In this document: piece after piece, positions 14,092 through 28,208 of the stretch
How positions within the stretch are numbered: the first letter of the stretch is position 1
How the letters are laid out: every line of letters starts with the position of its first letter
Assembly (NCBI GenBank): GCA_964016885.1
Contig: OZ024741.1
Coordinates: 189,782,001-189,846,000, forward strand
Source: Eledone cirrhosa
Taxonomy: Eukaryota
Reading direction: 5' to 3'
DNA: 64,000 nucleotides
The notes under the pieces: generated by a model
Seen by the model: the letters and a program-made list of their open reading frames with translations, nothing else
What the model was told of the DNA's origin: nothing
Databases searched by the model: none
Made by a program: the position numbers and the translations under genes

Positions 14092-15707
14092 TCCACTTTC
14101 TATGCTTGCACGAGTTGGGTGGGCTGTCACGGTTTGAGACTAGATAAATTGCAGAACTTCATCTTCTCGTACATTCCATTTTTGACATCGTTTTTATGGC
14201 TGGCTCTCCTTCCTGACACCAACCACTTTACAGAGTGTGTTAAGTCCCTGCTGTTGTTGTTATTGTTTCTAATATATTCACAAGATGAAGAAGGAGTAAT
14301 CAGTTAAATCTAGTCCAGTATTTGAAGATCCTCCAGGAATACAGACATTATTGAAGTGGAAAAAGACATTGCAGATTGTGCACAGCTAAGAAGATCTTCA
14401 TACTTAAAAACCTTAATAAATCTACAAACTATTTAAATGTCAGATCAGAGATCTTCATGAAATGTTGCCACTTTGTCAAGTGCCTCTTGAAACACTGGAC
14501 AGTCATAACACCAACTGATTAAATAGAACAATAATTAACTGTTTACCAAGAATAATCATGCACTGTTTATATCTCCCTCTTCAGTTGTAACCCACTAATA
14601 GATACTTCTGATCTCACTATACAAATAACAATAGACTCTTTGATATTTTAAACCCTTTATCTTTCTCTGCTCATTTACCTATTGCACAATGGATCAATAC
14701 ATAACAATTTATCAAGTACAATCAGATTCTGTATATTTCCTCCTTCAGATTTAACCAACTAACTGAGACTCTTAATTTCATTACACTTGCCAACTTTAAC
14801 CTCTCTCTCCCTCATTACCAGACAGATCGTTGCTTCTTTATCTTTATTATATAAATACTTCGATGGCCATTATTTTACTAGATTTTCTTGTTTTGTTTCA
14901 TCTTTCTTATCATCTTTCCCTGTGGTTGTCACCTATTGTAAAAAGAGTTTCTAGCCTAGTAGTTTATTTCCTCAAACCTGTATTTTATGGATCTCTTGGA
15001 CAATTTGATATATAAAAAAGGCTAGTGCCAAACGTAGAAACAATTATTTTTAACTGTTTGGTTTTTGATTTCAAGTGTAACATTTCATTAAATAATTTTT
15101 TTCTTTTGTAATTCCTAACAAATTTAGTGATTCTTTGGGGGTTTATTGTATTACTGGTTACTTATTCCCTAGTTATGAGTGGTTTCTAATAAAAAAAAAT
15201 ATATATATCTAATATCTCCAACACTTTAACTTTCCATATTTATTTCCACGGGGCAGTTTTATTCTCCTCTTTGCCTCTTCTATATTTCAAGTTCTATATT
15301 TTAGGTCCGTTCCTTTTCCTATTCCTAACTTTGCATATACACACACACACACACACATAATACAAGGACGATTTTTTATGTCTTCATTACATTTATTGAC
15401 TGGTGATGCATGCGCTTCGCTATTGATCAGCACACGGTTTGATCTGCATCGATCTGGGCCAACTCTGGAATCAAAAGCTCATCGGACTTCTGCTGTGGTA
15501 ATGACAGAATATATATATGTATATATATATAATAGTAAAAGTCTTGAGGGCTAGTTTCAATATAATTATTAAGGCCAGTTTCTACAACACCATCATACCA
15601 AGTACGTGCATTTTGTTGGTGCTGAGGACCAACCTGTTCAACTTCTGTTGATGAAAATGAACTGGAAAATGTTTACTAGTATGGCACCATTGTAGTAACT
15701 GGCCTTA

Positions 15708-15739
<32 letters not shown>

Positions 15740-16325
15740 CAACATCATCATCATCATTTTTACATACACTTTTCCATTCTTACATGGGTTAGACGGGTCT
15801 TTCTCAGCATAGCATCACTCCACTTCGTCATCTCCTCTGTCAGTCTCATTGATTTGAGGTTAGCTCTCACAACCTCTGCCCAAGTCTTTCTTTGTCACCT
15901 CCTATTGCGGCTTCCTTCCACTAGGATTTCCTGGCATTTCTTTACCCATCGGTCATTGCTCATACCAATATCTTCTCTCCTGCACACCATTTCAGATTCC
16001 ACTTAAACCCAACTTCTGTATCAGCTCGTCCAAGCTCTGCCTTTCTCTCACATTTACAATTCACATCCAACGAAACATGGTTGCTTCATTTCTCTCCAGT
16101 CTACACATGTCCTTTGCAGTCACAGCCCATGTTTCACTACCATGCAACATTGTGCACCACAAATAGATGTCATACAGCCTTCCTTTTGTACATAGGTAGA
16201 AAGTTTTTGTTGACAGCAGTGGGGGCAATTCTCTAAACCTTTTCCATCTTATCCTTATTCTAGCTATTATACTCTCGGCGCTCCCTCCTCTGCTGCTAAT
16301 TAGGTCGTCTGGATCCTTCCTGTTA
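15740..16325 (-). mobile_element. RTE LINE 3' fragment (different subfamily)
   Basis: ORF 16061-16330 (MLHGSETWAV...RLERNEATMFRWM); (CAT)n tail. Confidence 0.85.
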
Positions 16326-16346
16326 CACATATATATATATATATAT

Positions 16347-16507
16347 CAGAAAGGGTGTGGTAAAATACCAGGTGGACCACAACCCACTAGAGTACTCGAT
16401 ACTTGGTGTAGTAGAGTGGGTAATATGAAAAGTTTCAGGACCCCGACGGCTGAGCTAGCTGTCGAAACAGCCGGAGCTCAGCCGTCGGGGTCCTGAATCT
16501 TTTCATA
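16347..16507 (-). mobile_element. (TA)n-flanked asymmetric palindrome, GC-rich family
   Basis: atatgaaaag..caggaccccgacggctgagct / agctcagccgtcggggtcctg..cttttcatat; relatives at 29510, 47510, 50100, 57170 and 58525. Confidence 0.7.
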
Positions 16508-16514
16508 TATATAT

Positions 16515-16855
16515 CATCATCATTTCATCATCATTTCATTTTACGTCCACTTTTTCCCTGCTTGCAAGGGTGGGACAGGAACTGATTCTGGCTTGATTTC
16601 TACAGCTGGATGCCCTTCCTAACACCAACCTCATTTACAGTGAGGGCTGGGTGCTTTTTTGCCGTGGCACCTCCACGACCACTTTACAGTGGAATGATAT
16701 GGACCCCAGTCCTATCATCTCATTTCTACAGCTGGGTAAACTGGAGCAATGTGAAATAAAGTGTCTTGCTCAAGGAAACAACACATCACCCGGTCTGAGA
16801 ATTGAACTCACAACCTTTCGATTGCAAGGCCAATGCTCTAACCACTAAGCCATGT
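16515..16855 (-). mobile_element. SINE family B
   Basis: Reverse complement of the 5724-6070 copy. Confidence 0.88.
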
Positions 16856-17347
16856 ATATATATATAAATCTACAGTGTGTATTGAATACTCTAATTTTGT
16901 TCATATAAACAACTATAGCCTATTATATATGCATGTATGTTATCTTCTTTAAATTATTTGAATTCTTCATATAAGAAAATAGTTGTTTCTAACATGGTAA
17001 CAAAGCTCCATCAATGAAATTTGAATAACAACATTGTTAAGTGTTAAATGTTAAACTTTAGAAAAATCTAGCATATTTATACTGTATTTAAACAATTTGT
17101 TGGTCAATTTATTTCCCTGAAAACCTAAATCAATTATTGAAAATTATTTGCAGAAATTATCATCTGTTTCAGTACAATGTAAGACAGAAAGTGAAAAATA
17201 TGAATTGAATGAGTTGTCAATTCCACAAGCCCCAAAGTAGCCACTTTATGTTTTTAAAAATTCTACTGATATAAGGAAATAATTGAGATGATCTTTGTAC
17301 AGTGGCCAGCTGTCAAGTAATCACAACTTGCATGTACAGATTACATA

Positions 17348-17530
17348 TTGGCAGTATCGGTAGAGGGTCGGACGCCATGCTTTCCAGCATAGTTACGGCC
17401 CTTGCCATTCTGAGTTCAAATCCCGCCGAGGTTGACTTTGCCTTTCATCCTTACTACGGGGTCGATAAAATAAAGTACCAGTAATGCACTGGGTAATTGC
17501 TGGCCTTGTGCCTAAAGTAGAAACAATTAT
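17348..17530 (+). mobile_element. SINE family A
   Basis: Matches the family A consensus. Confidence 0.82.
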
Positions 17531-17627
17531 AGTTAGATGCTTGCTTAAATGGTCCTATATAGTCCAAATTATAATATTAGTGAATGTTACTTGCTTAACC
17601 CAAGTAACGTTCTTAAACTAAAGTCAC

Positions 17628-17695
<68 letters not shown>

Positions 17696-17806
17696 GTGTG
17701 TGTGTGTGTAAAAGGTAAACAGAAATAACAGCACAATTGGTACAGTATATGGAAGGAATATATTAGTTTAACGCTTGAAAGAAGAGGTTCTTAACATTTT
17801 GGACGC

Positions 17807-17839
<33 letters not shown>

Positions 17840-17860
17840 GTATGTATATATATATATATA

Positions 17861-19460
17861 GAACTTAATCACCATAACCTTCAACGGCCTAGGATAAAAA
17901 ATTAGGCTAGCCACCAACCCAACCTCACTAATGTCAACTTCCTAGATGTTAACTTAGACCTAGAAGCACACATTTATAGACCATTCCACAAACCCAGTGA
18001 GAAACTTTGGTACATCCATAAGGACTCTAGCCACCCCCTTTTGGATGTGGCCATACTGGGGTACTTTTATCATATTTATGGAAGAAACTAACAGAACTAG
18101 AGTATTGATGTATTTAAGACTATTCAACAGAATTCGTAATATAATCGGCTTCTCTCCCCACAGCCCCGGCGGAAAGTAGAGACGGCGCTTCCCCGGAGGA
18201 CGGCAAGGGAGATGCGCTGGAAGAGCCACTCCTGTGGCTGGCCAGCTCAGCGCCTATGGTGGTGAGTAGGGAGGTAGCCCTAGGGCCAAGGACACCAGAA
18301 GTCTCCACTGCCAAGGGTACAACCGCAAACCTGTCGAGAGCGACCGGTATTTGAAGAGTTTGGCCTCCTCAGCCCGATGTGCAGCAAAACCTGGGTTAGT
18401 CGCGGACTGCACCAGGTTGTGGCTGCAGAAAGTGTCAGTGTAAGTAGCAAAGGGTTTGCCACCGCGGAAAGGGAAGATGGTCATGCCATCTGGCCTTTTG
18501 CCGTCCCCTCGGTCCAGCCCCACCAGTTCGAGCTGGGAAGGGGAGCCTGCAGTGTCCAAGCCATGCTTTATGACCTCGTTGAGGGCAGCAAGGCGTGGAA
18601 GGCAGCTGGCACTATGGCGACAGGAAAGCGGGTGGAGGTCGAAAGAGTCCACGGTGGATCCGCAGCGACATTGGTGTGGCTCGCAGATCCAGAGGCCGAG
18701 CCTCAAGGAAACGCTGATGCGCAGGCTATTGTTATCTAGCTGAGTGCCAGTGGAGAAGGAGGGCAGGGCATGGCGCCAGGCACCACTGTGGGGTTTGGAG
18801 GCCGCACGAAAACAGGCAAGGCGGTGCTGGTCGAACTGGTGCGTGAGCCTGTCTGAAGCCAGGCTGCACTGGATGGCATCCCAAGTGCTTTGGGAGGACT
18901 TGACGTCAGCAGGGGAGAAGGAGGAGGGATATCTACTCGGCTAAGTCCCAGCTGGTCCCACGTCTCACAGGCGGCCTCATGTTCTCTGAACACAAAGGGT
19001 TCTATTGTGATTTGGAGAACCCTGCTGACAAGGACGTGGCATGAGGTTAGCGATGAAAGAAACGCCGGCAAAGCCAGTGAGATCGGGGACCGGAGGCCAA
19101 AGCCGCCATACCTGACAGGTAAAGTGGCCTGTTGTCATCCAATGTCATTAAATCTGACGTTGCATATCTCTTCGGCTGCTACTTGGATACAAGTATCGAG
19201 GTCAGTGAGGAGAGATGCGTGGGTGTAGCACAGAGCGCTGCGAAGGGTATGAAGGAGCTTTGGCATGGCGAAGCAGTTCCTCAACAGAAAGAGAGCCACC
19301 CCCTATAGTTTTTAAAAACCTTATTAATAACATTAGTAAGAGGGTATCCATCCTCTCAACAGAGAGGGCCATCTTTATTTTTATTTTTATTATGACAGGC
19401 TGAATAAGTTGGGGTCCAGAACCCAATGAAACTTAAGTACCTGTTTATGCCACTGTTGTA
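17861..19460 (+). mobile_element. Penelope-like element RT fragment, split by a CRE LINE insertion (pieces 17861-18039 and 19294-19460)
   Basis: The joined pieces read NLTNVNFLDVNLDLEAHIYRPFHKPSEKLWYIHKDSSHPP|[24 protein letters not shown], the PLE FLD...Y.KP...S.HPP thumb motif; (TA)n on both outer flanks. Confidence 0.8.
18040..19293 (-). mobile_element. CRE-clade non-LTR retrotransposon 3' fragment (zinc knuckle and RLE)
   Basis: RLGLWICEPHQCRCGSTVD...HPLSC...LNEVIK...GLDRGDGKRPDG...AVETSGVLGP; TSD agccaccccct at 18029-18039 and 19294-19304. Confidence 0.85.
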
Positions 19461-19474
19461 ATTATTTATATATA

Positions 19475-19534
<60 letters not shown>

Positions 19535-20100
19535 TATACACACAAACACATATATTTGTGTGTGAGTGCATGTGTGTATACATGTTTATCTGTATGCTTG
19601 TCTATCTAGATCTGTTTAAGTGTGAGTGTGCATGTATATCCTTCCTTCCTGACCACATACACACACATATATATACACACATATATACACACACATATAT
19701 ATACACACATATATACACACACATATATACACACACTGTAAATGAGGCCAGTATTCAATAGCACATAAAATCTATATTTGTGTCAGATACAAGGGGTGGA
19801 GAGAGAATGGAAATAGATTCTTGATTCTAAATAATTTATTGTTTATCAATCATCACTGTTATCATGAACATCATCATCATCATCATCGCCATCTCCATCA
19901 GCAATAACACCACCATCATTATCAATATCATCACCATCATTATTGCCACCACCATAATATACTTTGGTGGTGACGATAATAATGGTGATATGTGTATTGA
20001 GGGTGATGGGATTTTGATGATAATGGTGACAGTATTGGTGGTAGTGGCAATGGTAACAGTTGGGTATTAAAGTGGATGATTTTAGTGGCAGTGTGGTTTA

Positions 20101-20104
<4 letters not shown>

Positions 20105-20131
<27 letters not shown>

Positions 20132-20346
20132 CGGTTGAATCAAACCTTACAGTGACAAGACAATGACAAAATCTCTGTGGTCTCTTGACATGCTAGAAAA
20201 AGAAGCCAAATTATCAATTATCTTGCGGGGAGTGATGTGGTGATGATGCTGGCGGTTGCATCAAACCTTACAGTGACAAGACAATGGCAAAGCCTCTGTG
20301 GTCTCTTGACATGCTAGAAATAGCATCCAAATTATCAATTATCTTA
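20105..20346. repeat. Tandem duplication of a ~120-bp segment
   Basis: ggcggttg.atcaaaccttacagtgacaagacaatg...caaattatcaattatctt occurs twice. Confidence 0.85.
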
Positions 20347-20401
20347 GTGAGGCGGCCAAGCAACAAAAACAACAATGACCACTGACACTCTATTATACTG
20401 A

Positions 20402-20436
<35 letters not shown>

Positions 20437-20439
20437 TAA

Positions 20440-20980
20440 ATTAGCGAGAATCGTTTTCAGCTCAGGAATTAACGAAAATCAACGTCCGATATGTGTGGCA
20501 AGCGCTCGATGAATCATATGAATCAGAGCTACAACATACGTTGAGGGCCAAACACACGACCAAGTAATTCGGGTCAAACAATAAAAATATATGTGTTGAT
20601 ACTTTCCCGGACCCTGGACTGATGGTAGAATCCAGTATTGGTTTCTGTGACTCCAAATCAGGTACTGTCCGCCTACATAAAGAATGTTGGGCTTCTGGTG
20701 AGATGATGAACAAGGCAGTCGTGTTTTCAACGGGTTTTGCTCCAATATGCTATAGATAGTGTAGCTATTACTGACCCCTCGTGGGATTCAGCAAGGGAGG
20801 TAACACCTCAATTAAGCGAATGATTCAGTTGTGTATTATTGCGAGAATGCAAAATATCACAAATCGAATAAAGCTTTCGACAGAATGGTTAAATATAACA
20901 GAGCCATTCAACAGTCAATATAAGTAACTGAAAAAATCAATAAAATTAACTGCTCAATAGCTAGACTCTGGAGATTAATA
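20440..20980. mobile_element. Unclassified (TA)n-flanked interspersed repeat (second copy at 24530-25070)
   Basis: Clear homology between the two copies (ccgagatgtgcggcaag, ggaccctgga, gcttctggt.agatgat.gaacaagg). Confidence 0.65.
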
Positions 20981-21132
20981 TATATATATACACACATATA
21001 TCACTAGATACACCAATATTACAGTATATTATATAGATACACTAAAAACAATGTGGTGGTCATAGCTGGAATGCCTTTGATGGTAGTCTCAGCACTATTA
21101 TGGAATTATTGAATTACGGAATTACATATCGG

Positions 21133-21990
21133 AGAATTGGCAGTATCGGTAGAGGGTTGGACGCCATGCTTTCTAGCATAGTTATGTCCCTTTACATTCT
21201 GAGTTCAAATCCCGCTGAGGTTAACTTTGCCTTTCATCCTTACGGGGTCGATAAAATAAAGTACCAGTAATGTACTGGGTAATTGCTGGCCTTGTGCCTA
21301 AATTAGAAACAATTATGGAATTATGGTATGAAGTTCTTTTTCTCCCATTTGTTAAAACTAATGGACGACTGTATATATATATATATATATATATATCATC
21401 ATTGTTTTTACGTCCGTTTTTCCACGCTTGCATGGGTCAGACGGGTCCTTCTCAGCATGGCATCTCTCCACTTGTTGCCTTCCTTCGTCTTCTCTTCTGC
21501 CAGTCTTAGCAAGTTGAGTTCAACTCTCACAACCTCTGCCCAGGTCTTTCTTGACCATCCTCTACTGTGGCCTCCTTCCACTGGGATTGTACTGTATCAT
21601 TCTCCTGTGTATTGGCAGTATCGGTAGAGAGTCAGACACCATGCTTTGCAGCATAGAGTTATGGCCCTTTACATTCTGAGTTCAAATCCACTGAGGTTAG
21701 CTTTGCCTTTCATCCTTATGGGGTCGATAAAAATAAAGCACCAGTAATGCACTGGGGTAATTGCTGACCTTGTGTCAAAAATAGAAACAATTATTAAGGG
21801 CGGTGGAATGGCAGACTTGATAGAGTATCGGACACCATGCTTTGCAGCATAGACTCACAGCCATTTACGTTCTGAGTTCAAATCCTGCCAAGGGGTTGAT
21901 AAAATAAAGCACCAGTAATGCACTGGGGTCAATTTAACCAATTTTCCCTTCCCAAAAAATTGCTAGCCTTGTGCCTATAGTAGAAAACAT
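21133..21990 (+). mobile_element. Cluster of three SINE A copies (21133-21315, 21611-21793, 21797-21990) and an RTE 3' fragment (21395-21590, minus strand)
   Basis: Matches to the family A consensus and the RTE 3' end. Confidence 0.78.
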
Positions 21991-22019
21991 TATTATTATT
22001 ATTATCATTATTGTTATTC

Positions 22020-23137
22020 TCTTTCATTATTATTTCTGAGATATATGCCGAGTGTCTTCCTGACACCTAGGGCAAATAAATTCACAGTGTGCATTGGTAA
22101 GCCAGTTAATACAGCACATTGATTATAATTTAAAAAGAAAAAAAAAAAAAAACAGTATACATATATACACATGTGCATATGCATATGTAAATACAAGGAG
22201 GGTTATCAATCTGACAGAGATAGTGCTCTTCTCAATACGTGTGCAGTACTAGTCAAAACAATTTTTTGCACCTCTTGCAGAGAGGGTAAACCAGGAATCA
22301 TTCACAAATATTGTTCTGTTCCTTTCTTGATCATTCCCAGTCCTCCCACAATCACTGGTTTTGCAATGGCCTTGAGATGCCACATTTCAATAAGCAGATC
22401 TTTATATTTTCGTAGCTTGTCAAATTCTTTTGCTGCGATATTGTGGTCACATGGGATGCTCATATCAACAAACAGACCTTCTTATGTTGATCTTTTATAA
22501 TGATGTCAGGTCTATTTGCTTTTATGGTCCTGTCAGTATGTACAGGAAAGTCCCAGAGAATTGTTACTTTTTCTACTTCAGTTACAGCCTCAGGGTGATG
22601 ATTGTACCACTTGTCTTCAGCTTTGATTTTGTAATGCCAACATATTACCCAGTGTAGATATTGGCCAACTCTGTCATGTCTCTATTTGTATTCTACTGGT
22701 GCTAAAACTTTACATCCAGAGACTAAGTGATCCACTGTTTCAACCTCAGCATTGCAGAATCGGCACTTTGGGTTTATTCCGTTTCTCATCACATTGGCCT
22801 GGTAATTACGAGTCAATAAGCTTTGGTCTTGGGCAGCTAAGATGAAGCCTTCACTCTCCGCCTTTAGCCCTGAACTACGTAGCCACTGATGGGTGTGCTT
22901 TTGGTCAACATCAGCTTGTTTGCTACGGGCCACATATTTTCCATGCAGAAGTTTCTGCTCCCAATTTGATGCTAATTGTCCTTGCCCTTTTGCTTTTGCC
23001 AGTGATTTTATGTGCCTAGCAGCATCAGTTGCAGCAGTTTCTTTAGTCTGTCCAGCCTGGGTATCAAGCATGAGATCAGTAGCATATTTTTTGCCCTCCT
23101 TCAAGATAGAATGAAGCTTCTTACTTCTCTCATGCTT
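22020..23137 (-). mobile_element. Dong/R4-clade LINE 3' part in a (TAA)n repeat
   Basis: WEQKLLHGKY...WLRSSGLKAESEGFILAAQDQSLLTRNY...KCRFC...ETVDHLVSGC...RHDRVG motifs; (att)n on both flanks; a second short 3' end at ~23175-23265. Confidence 0.88.
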
Positions 23138-23499
23138 ATTATTATTATTATTATTATTACTATTATTATTATTATTATTTGTGTTCTTCCCTTTCCTTCA
23201 ATTTTGTTTCCATTTCTTGACAAGTATCTTCCTGACACCTAGGGCAAAGGAACTCAAATAAGCCACATTGTTGTTGTTGTTGTTGTTGTCACCATCACCA
23301 TCATTGTTTTGTTGCAGTTGTTGTGGTTTCTTTTTTTCCATTTCTTTGTAAGGATTCCGACACTGATAAATACTTCATTATATATTCATGATTTTCTAGA
23401 TAGTTAATTACCAAAATCTTTTGATGGAAACTTCATAGAGGATTGTTCTATTATTTATTAAGCTGTCTCTGTAACTAGGCAACTGAACAATAATATAAT

Positions 23500-24250
23500 A
23501 ATTATGATATCTTTTATTGGTTTCAAGGGATCAAAGTATTGGAGACAGTACAAATAATAAATACAAATAAAAATAAACAAAAACAATGGTGGAGGGATTT
23601 ACATCAACGATAACAATAAATGCACATTAATCATCATCATTATCATCCTTTTACAGCCAATTTTCCATACTTGCTTGGGTTGGACAGGTTGTTTTTTAAC
23701 ACAGCTTCCCTCTACCTTATGCAGGTTCAGTGTTTTGAGATCCACCCTTCAACAACAAACAACAAGAAAGTATCCTCATAATGAGGAGAGGGTCACTGTA
23801 TGATTTGGGCCTCTCCATATTCAACCCCAAATTACCTTGTCATGTCAAATGTAAATGTCTTCTCCCAGTTCTTGCTACCAACCTATAGTAAGAATAAGCT
23901 AATTTAGACAGGCCAATCTTGCCACTCTCTCCCACCCTTCAAGAAATTTGTTGAAGTTATCTTCACCATATAACTCCGTTTGCTATAGCTACCTGACGTA
24001 GGAAGACTACCCACTATTCCTTGTCCAAAAAAAAGGCACTAGTTTGGTCTTCACTAGAAACTCAGCTGAATCTGCTTGATAACGGCTGTTTAACATAAAC
24101 CCATAAGCCAGCAATTCACAGATTCTGAACAAGGACATGCCAGATGCTTTTATCATCCTGCATGCATTTCAGACAGATTCAGTTGATAGAAACTCCAACA
24201 AACCATACCTGTACAAAGTTGTGTTCTGTGTGTACACACACATGAGTGCA
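23500..24250 (-). mobile_element. Old Tx1-like LINE 3' fragment
   Basis: Minus strand ttcttgaagggtgggagagagtggcaagattggcc resembles the end of the 8494-10731 ORF (gttgaaagatgggtgagagaggcaagaatggcc). Confidence 0.55.
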
Positions 24251-24433
24251 CACAGAGGTGGCTATTTATTCTGATCACTTTAGGATGGAGACTATCAATA
24301 ACCAGATCTTAATATGCAAAGCTTTAATTCTAATAAGTGGTTAATTTTTAATTCATTCTAAAGTGTTTGAGAGACACTAATCTTAATAACAATAGCCATT
24401 TCATAACATTAGCTGTGATTATAATAAACAACT

Positions 24434-24528
<95 letters not shown>

Positions 24529-24806
24529 ATAAATTATCGAGATTCGCATTTCGCCCCACGAAATAACAAAAAACAACCTCCGAGATGTGCGGCAAGTGCT
24601 CAATGATTCAGATGAACCAGAGCTATAACAAACGTTAAAGGCCAAACACACTGAGACGATGGTTAAACAATCATTCGCATAGCCCCAAAAAACGATCAAG
24701 TAATTCGGGTATTGAAAATTTACCCGGACCCCTGGAAGGTTGGTAAAATCCAGTATATGGGTTTCTGCGGCTCCTAAATCAAGTACCGTCCGCTTACATA
24801 AATAAT

Positions 24807-24990
24807 TGTTTCTACTTTAGGCACAAGGCCAGCAATTACCCAGTGCATTACTGGTACTTTATTTTATCGACCCCGTAAGGATGAAAGGCAAAGTCAACCT
24901 CTGCGGGATTTGAACTCAGATCGTAAAGGGACGTAACTATGCTGGAAAGCATGGCGTCCGACCCTCTACCGATACTGCCAATCCACCGAC
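24807..24990 (-). mobile_element. SINE family A inserted into the 24530-25070 repeat
   Basis: TSD cataaataat at 24797-24806 and 24991-25000. Confidence 0.88.
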
Positions 24991-25106
24991 CATAAATAAT
25001 GTCAGGCTTCTGGTAAGATGATTGAACAAGGAAGCCACTTTCTCAACAGGTTTTAGTTCAATGTTAATATAATTATATATATTAATATAATTATATATAA
25101 ATATAT

Positions 25107-25290
25107 AATTGTTTCTACTTTTTGGTACAAGGCCAGCAATTAACCAGTGTATTACTGGTACTTTATTTTATCGACCCCGTAAGGATGAAAGGCAAAGTTA
25201 ACCTCGGCGGGATTTGAACTCAGAATGGCAAGGGCCGTAACTCTATGCGTCAAAGCATGGTGTCCGACCCTCTACCGATACTGCCGATCC
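25107..25290 (-). mobile_element. SINE family A
   Basis: Reverse complement of the family A consensus. Confidence 0.85.
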
Positions 25291-25705
25291 AATAATGAAG
25301 TAGAAGTCAATAGGTTAGAATTTACCTCATTTATTCGTTACAGCGATTGTGTAATGAATAAATGAGGTAAATTCTAACCTATTGACTTCTACTTCATTAT
25401 TATACCTATACTCCAGAGTATACAGACTTATACATGTATACTCTGTCACATGCTATATCCTGTGTACACTAGTTTTAGTTGATTAATCAACACATTTTAT
25501 ACCAAATATATATATATAATCTTCATTTTCGTTTTTTTTTTTTTGTCTTTACTGGACCTTTTTTTCTGTTTCTCCATGTGATCCTGTCTCCATTTTGTAT
25601 TCCTGAAGAAGGCCTTAAGCCCAACATATCAAACTTTCTTTCTACTTTCCAATATAAAGCGTGAAACTAATAAGACTTTTTGTACCTATGTTTGTTGTCT
25701 CCTTG

Positions 25706-25751
<46 letters not shown>

Positions 25752-25754
<3 letters not shown>

Positions 25755-26201
25755 CAAAAGTTTTATTTAAAATTGTTGGGTTACAACAAGTAAATATTTT
25801 ATAACTGATATAAAGCACTCGACAAGTTTTTGGAGTAGATATACGATATTAAACAAATGGAAACTATATTTATAAAACCATATTTATTTCATTATACATA
25901 TTTCGGGGATACCATATTAAAAATATGGCATGCCTTTGTCAGATAAAATACAATATATAAACAGTTTTATAAATAATTTTGACGTACCATAAATATGAGC
26001 GACCATTATGTAGGAAGCTGGTTTTCCTACATAATGGTCGCTCATATTTATGGTACGTCAAAATTATTTATAAAACTGTTTATATATTGTATTTTATCTG
26101 ACGAAGGCATGCCATATTTTTAATATGGTATCCCCGAAATATGTATAATGAAATAAATATGGTTTTATAAATATAGTTTCCATTTGTTTAATATCGTATA
26201 T
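25752..26201 (-). mobile_element. (TA)n-flanked asymmetric palindrome with a hammerhead ribozyme motif
   Basis: Inverted repeat 25839-26201 (~178-bp arms, 7-nt loop), left arm extended ~85 bp; relative at 28100-28370. Confidence 0.8.
26090..26155 (+). ncRNA. Minimal type-I hammerhead ribozyme motif
   Basis: Stem I UAUUUUAU, core CUGACGA, stem II (GGcAUGCCAUAUU/AAUAUGGUAUcCC), GAAA, U-AUGU-A, UA cleavage site, then AUGAAAUA (stem I partner). Confidence 0.7.
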
Positions 26202-26211
26202 ATATATATAC

Positions 26212-26842
<631 letters not shown>

Positions 26843-26984
26843 GTAGAACACTGAGAGGTTATAACCATAGTAGTAGAGCACTCAGTCCATGGGATGAGTT
26901 TGGTAAAAGTAGTTCCACAACAGTTAGTTGGAACTACTTCTATATATATATATATATTGTAGGCTTCATTAACTAAGAATGTAG

Positions 26985-27993
26985 GCTTCACATGTAACAG
27001 CTGTGCTGGGACAGCAAGCAGCAAACGACCACAGGAAACAAGCACCACCAAACTCTGGGAGGGCTCTGTAGAAACAGTAGACAGCTTCTGCTACCTAGGT
27101 GACCGAATTAGCAGCGGAGGTGGGTGTTCTGAAAGTACAATAACTAGGATAAGAACGGGATGGAAGAAGTTCAGGGAACTACTGCCACTGCTAGCTGCAA
27201 AAGGCTTCTCCCTCAAAATGAAAGGCAGACTGTATGATGCGTGTATCCGAACAGCAATGTTACATGGTAGTGAGACCTGGGCGCCGAAGGTGGAAGACTT
27301 GCGTAGATTAGAAAGAAACGAAGCCTGCATGCTCCGGTGGATGTGTAATAGTAATATACGCGAACGGCAAAGCATAAATGAATTGAGAGAGAGACTGAGC
27401 ATCAGAGAAATCAAATGCTGTGTGCAGGAGAGGAGGTTTCGTTGGTATGGACATGTGATGCGTATGAAGGATGACAGCTGTATAAAAAGGTGCAGAACAC
27501 TAGAAGTCGATGGAAGCTGTGGAGTGGGGAGACCCAAGAAGACCTGGGATGAGGTGATAAAGGCCGACCTTACCCAGTTGCACCTCTCAAGAGCAATGAC
27601 ACATGACCGTGACCTCTGGCGTCACGCAGTAATACAGAAGACCCGACCCTCCCCACCCCACCCCCACCCCAGAGGAACGAGGCAAAGCTGAAGCATATAG
27701 ACAATATGCCCCCACACCCTCCCACTGCAAAGTGGTCGTGGAGGTGCCATGGCAAAAAAGCACCCAGCCCACATGGTAAAGTGGACATGTAGGCGCCACA
27801 GAAAAAAAGCACCCAGTACTCACTGTAAATGAGGTTGGTGTTAGGAAGGGCATCCAGCTGTAGAAATCAAGCCAGAATCAGTTCCCATCTGAGCAAGACA
27901 AGGTCAGCTGACTGGACTCTGCCCAGAAGAGGACAACCCGTCTAACCCATGCTAGCGTGGAAGAACGGGCATAAAACGGTCATGATGATGATG
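26985..27993 (+). mobile_element. RTE LINE 3' part (second subfamily)
   Basis: ORF 27218-27691 with RTE C-terminal motifs, 3' UTR and (GAT)n. Confidence 0.9.
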
Positions 27994-28143
27994 ATATATA
28001 TATAAAATAAGAGTCGTTAAGACAGGGTTATTTCATCATCATCATCATCATCATTGCTTTACGTCCATTTTTCCACGCTAGTATATATATATATATATAT
28101 ACACGATATTAATAAATGGAAACTATATTTATAAAACCATATT

Positions 28144-28208
28144 TATTTCATTATACATATTTCAGGGATACCAAATTAAATTATGGTATGCCTTCATCAG
28201 ACAAAATA
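28144..28208 (-). ncRNA. Minimal type-I hammerhead ribozyme motif (paralogue of 26090-26155)
   Basis: Minus strand UAUUUUGU CUGAUGA AGGcAUACCA..UGGUAUcCCU GAAA UAUGUA UA AUGAAAUA; intact core. Confidence 0.72.

Noticed and set aside
14560-15320. Possible decayed Penelope 3' end with a hammerhead remnant (aggctagtgccaaacgta at ~15019)
   Set aside because: Too degenerate: no CUGANGA core and no translatable motif.
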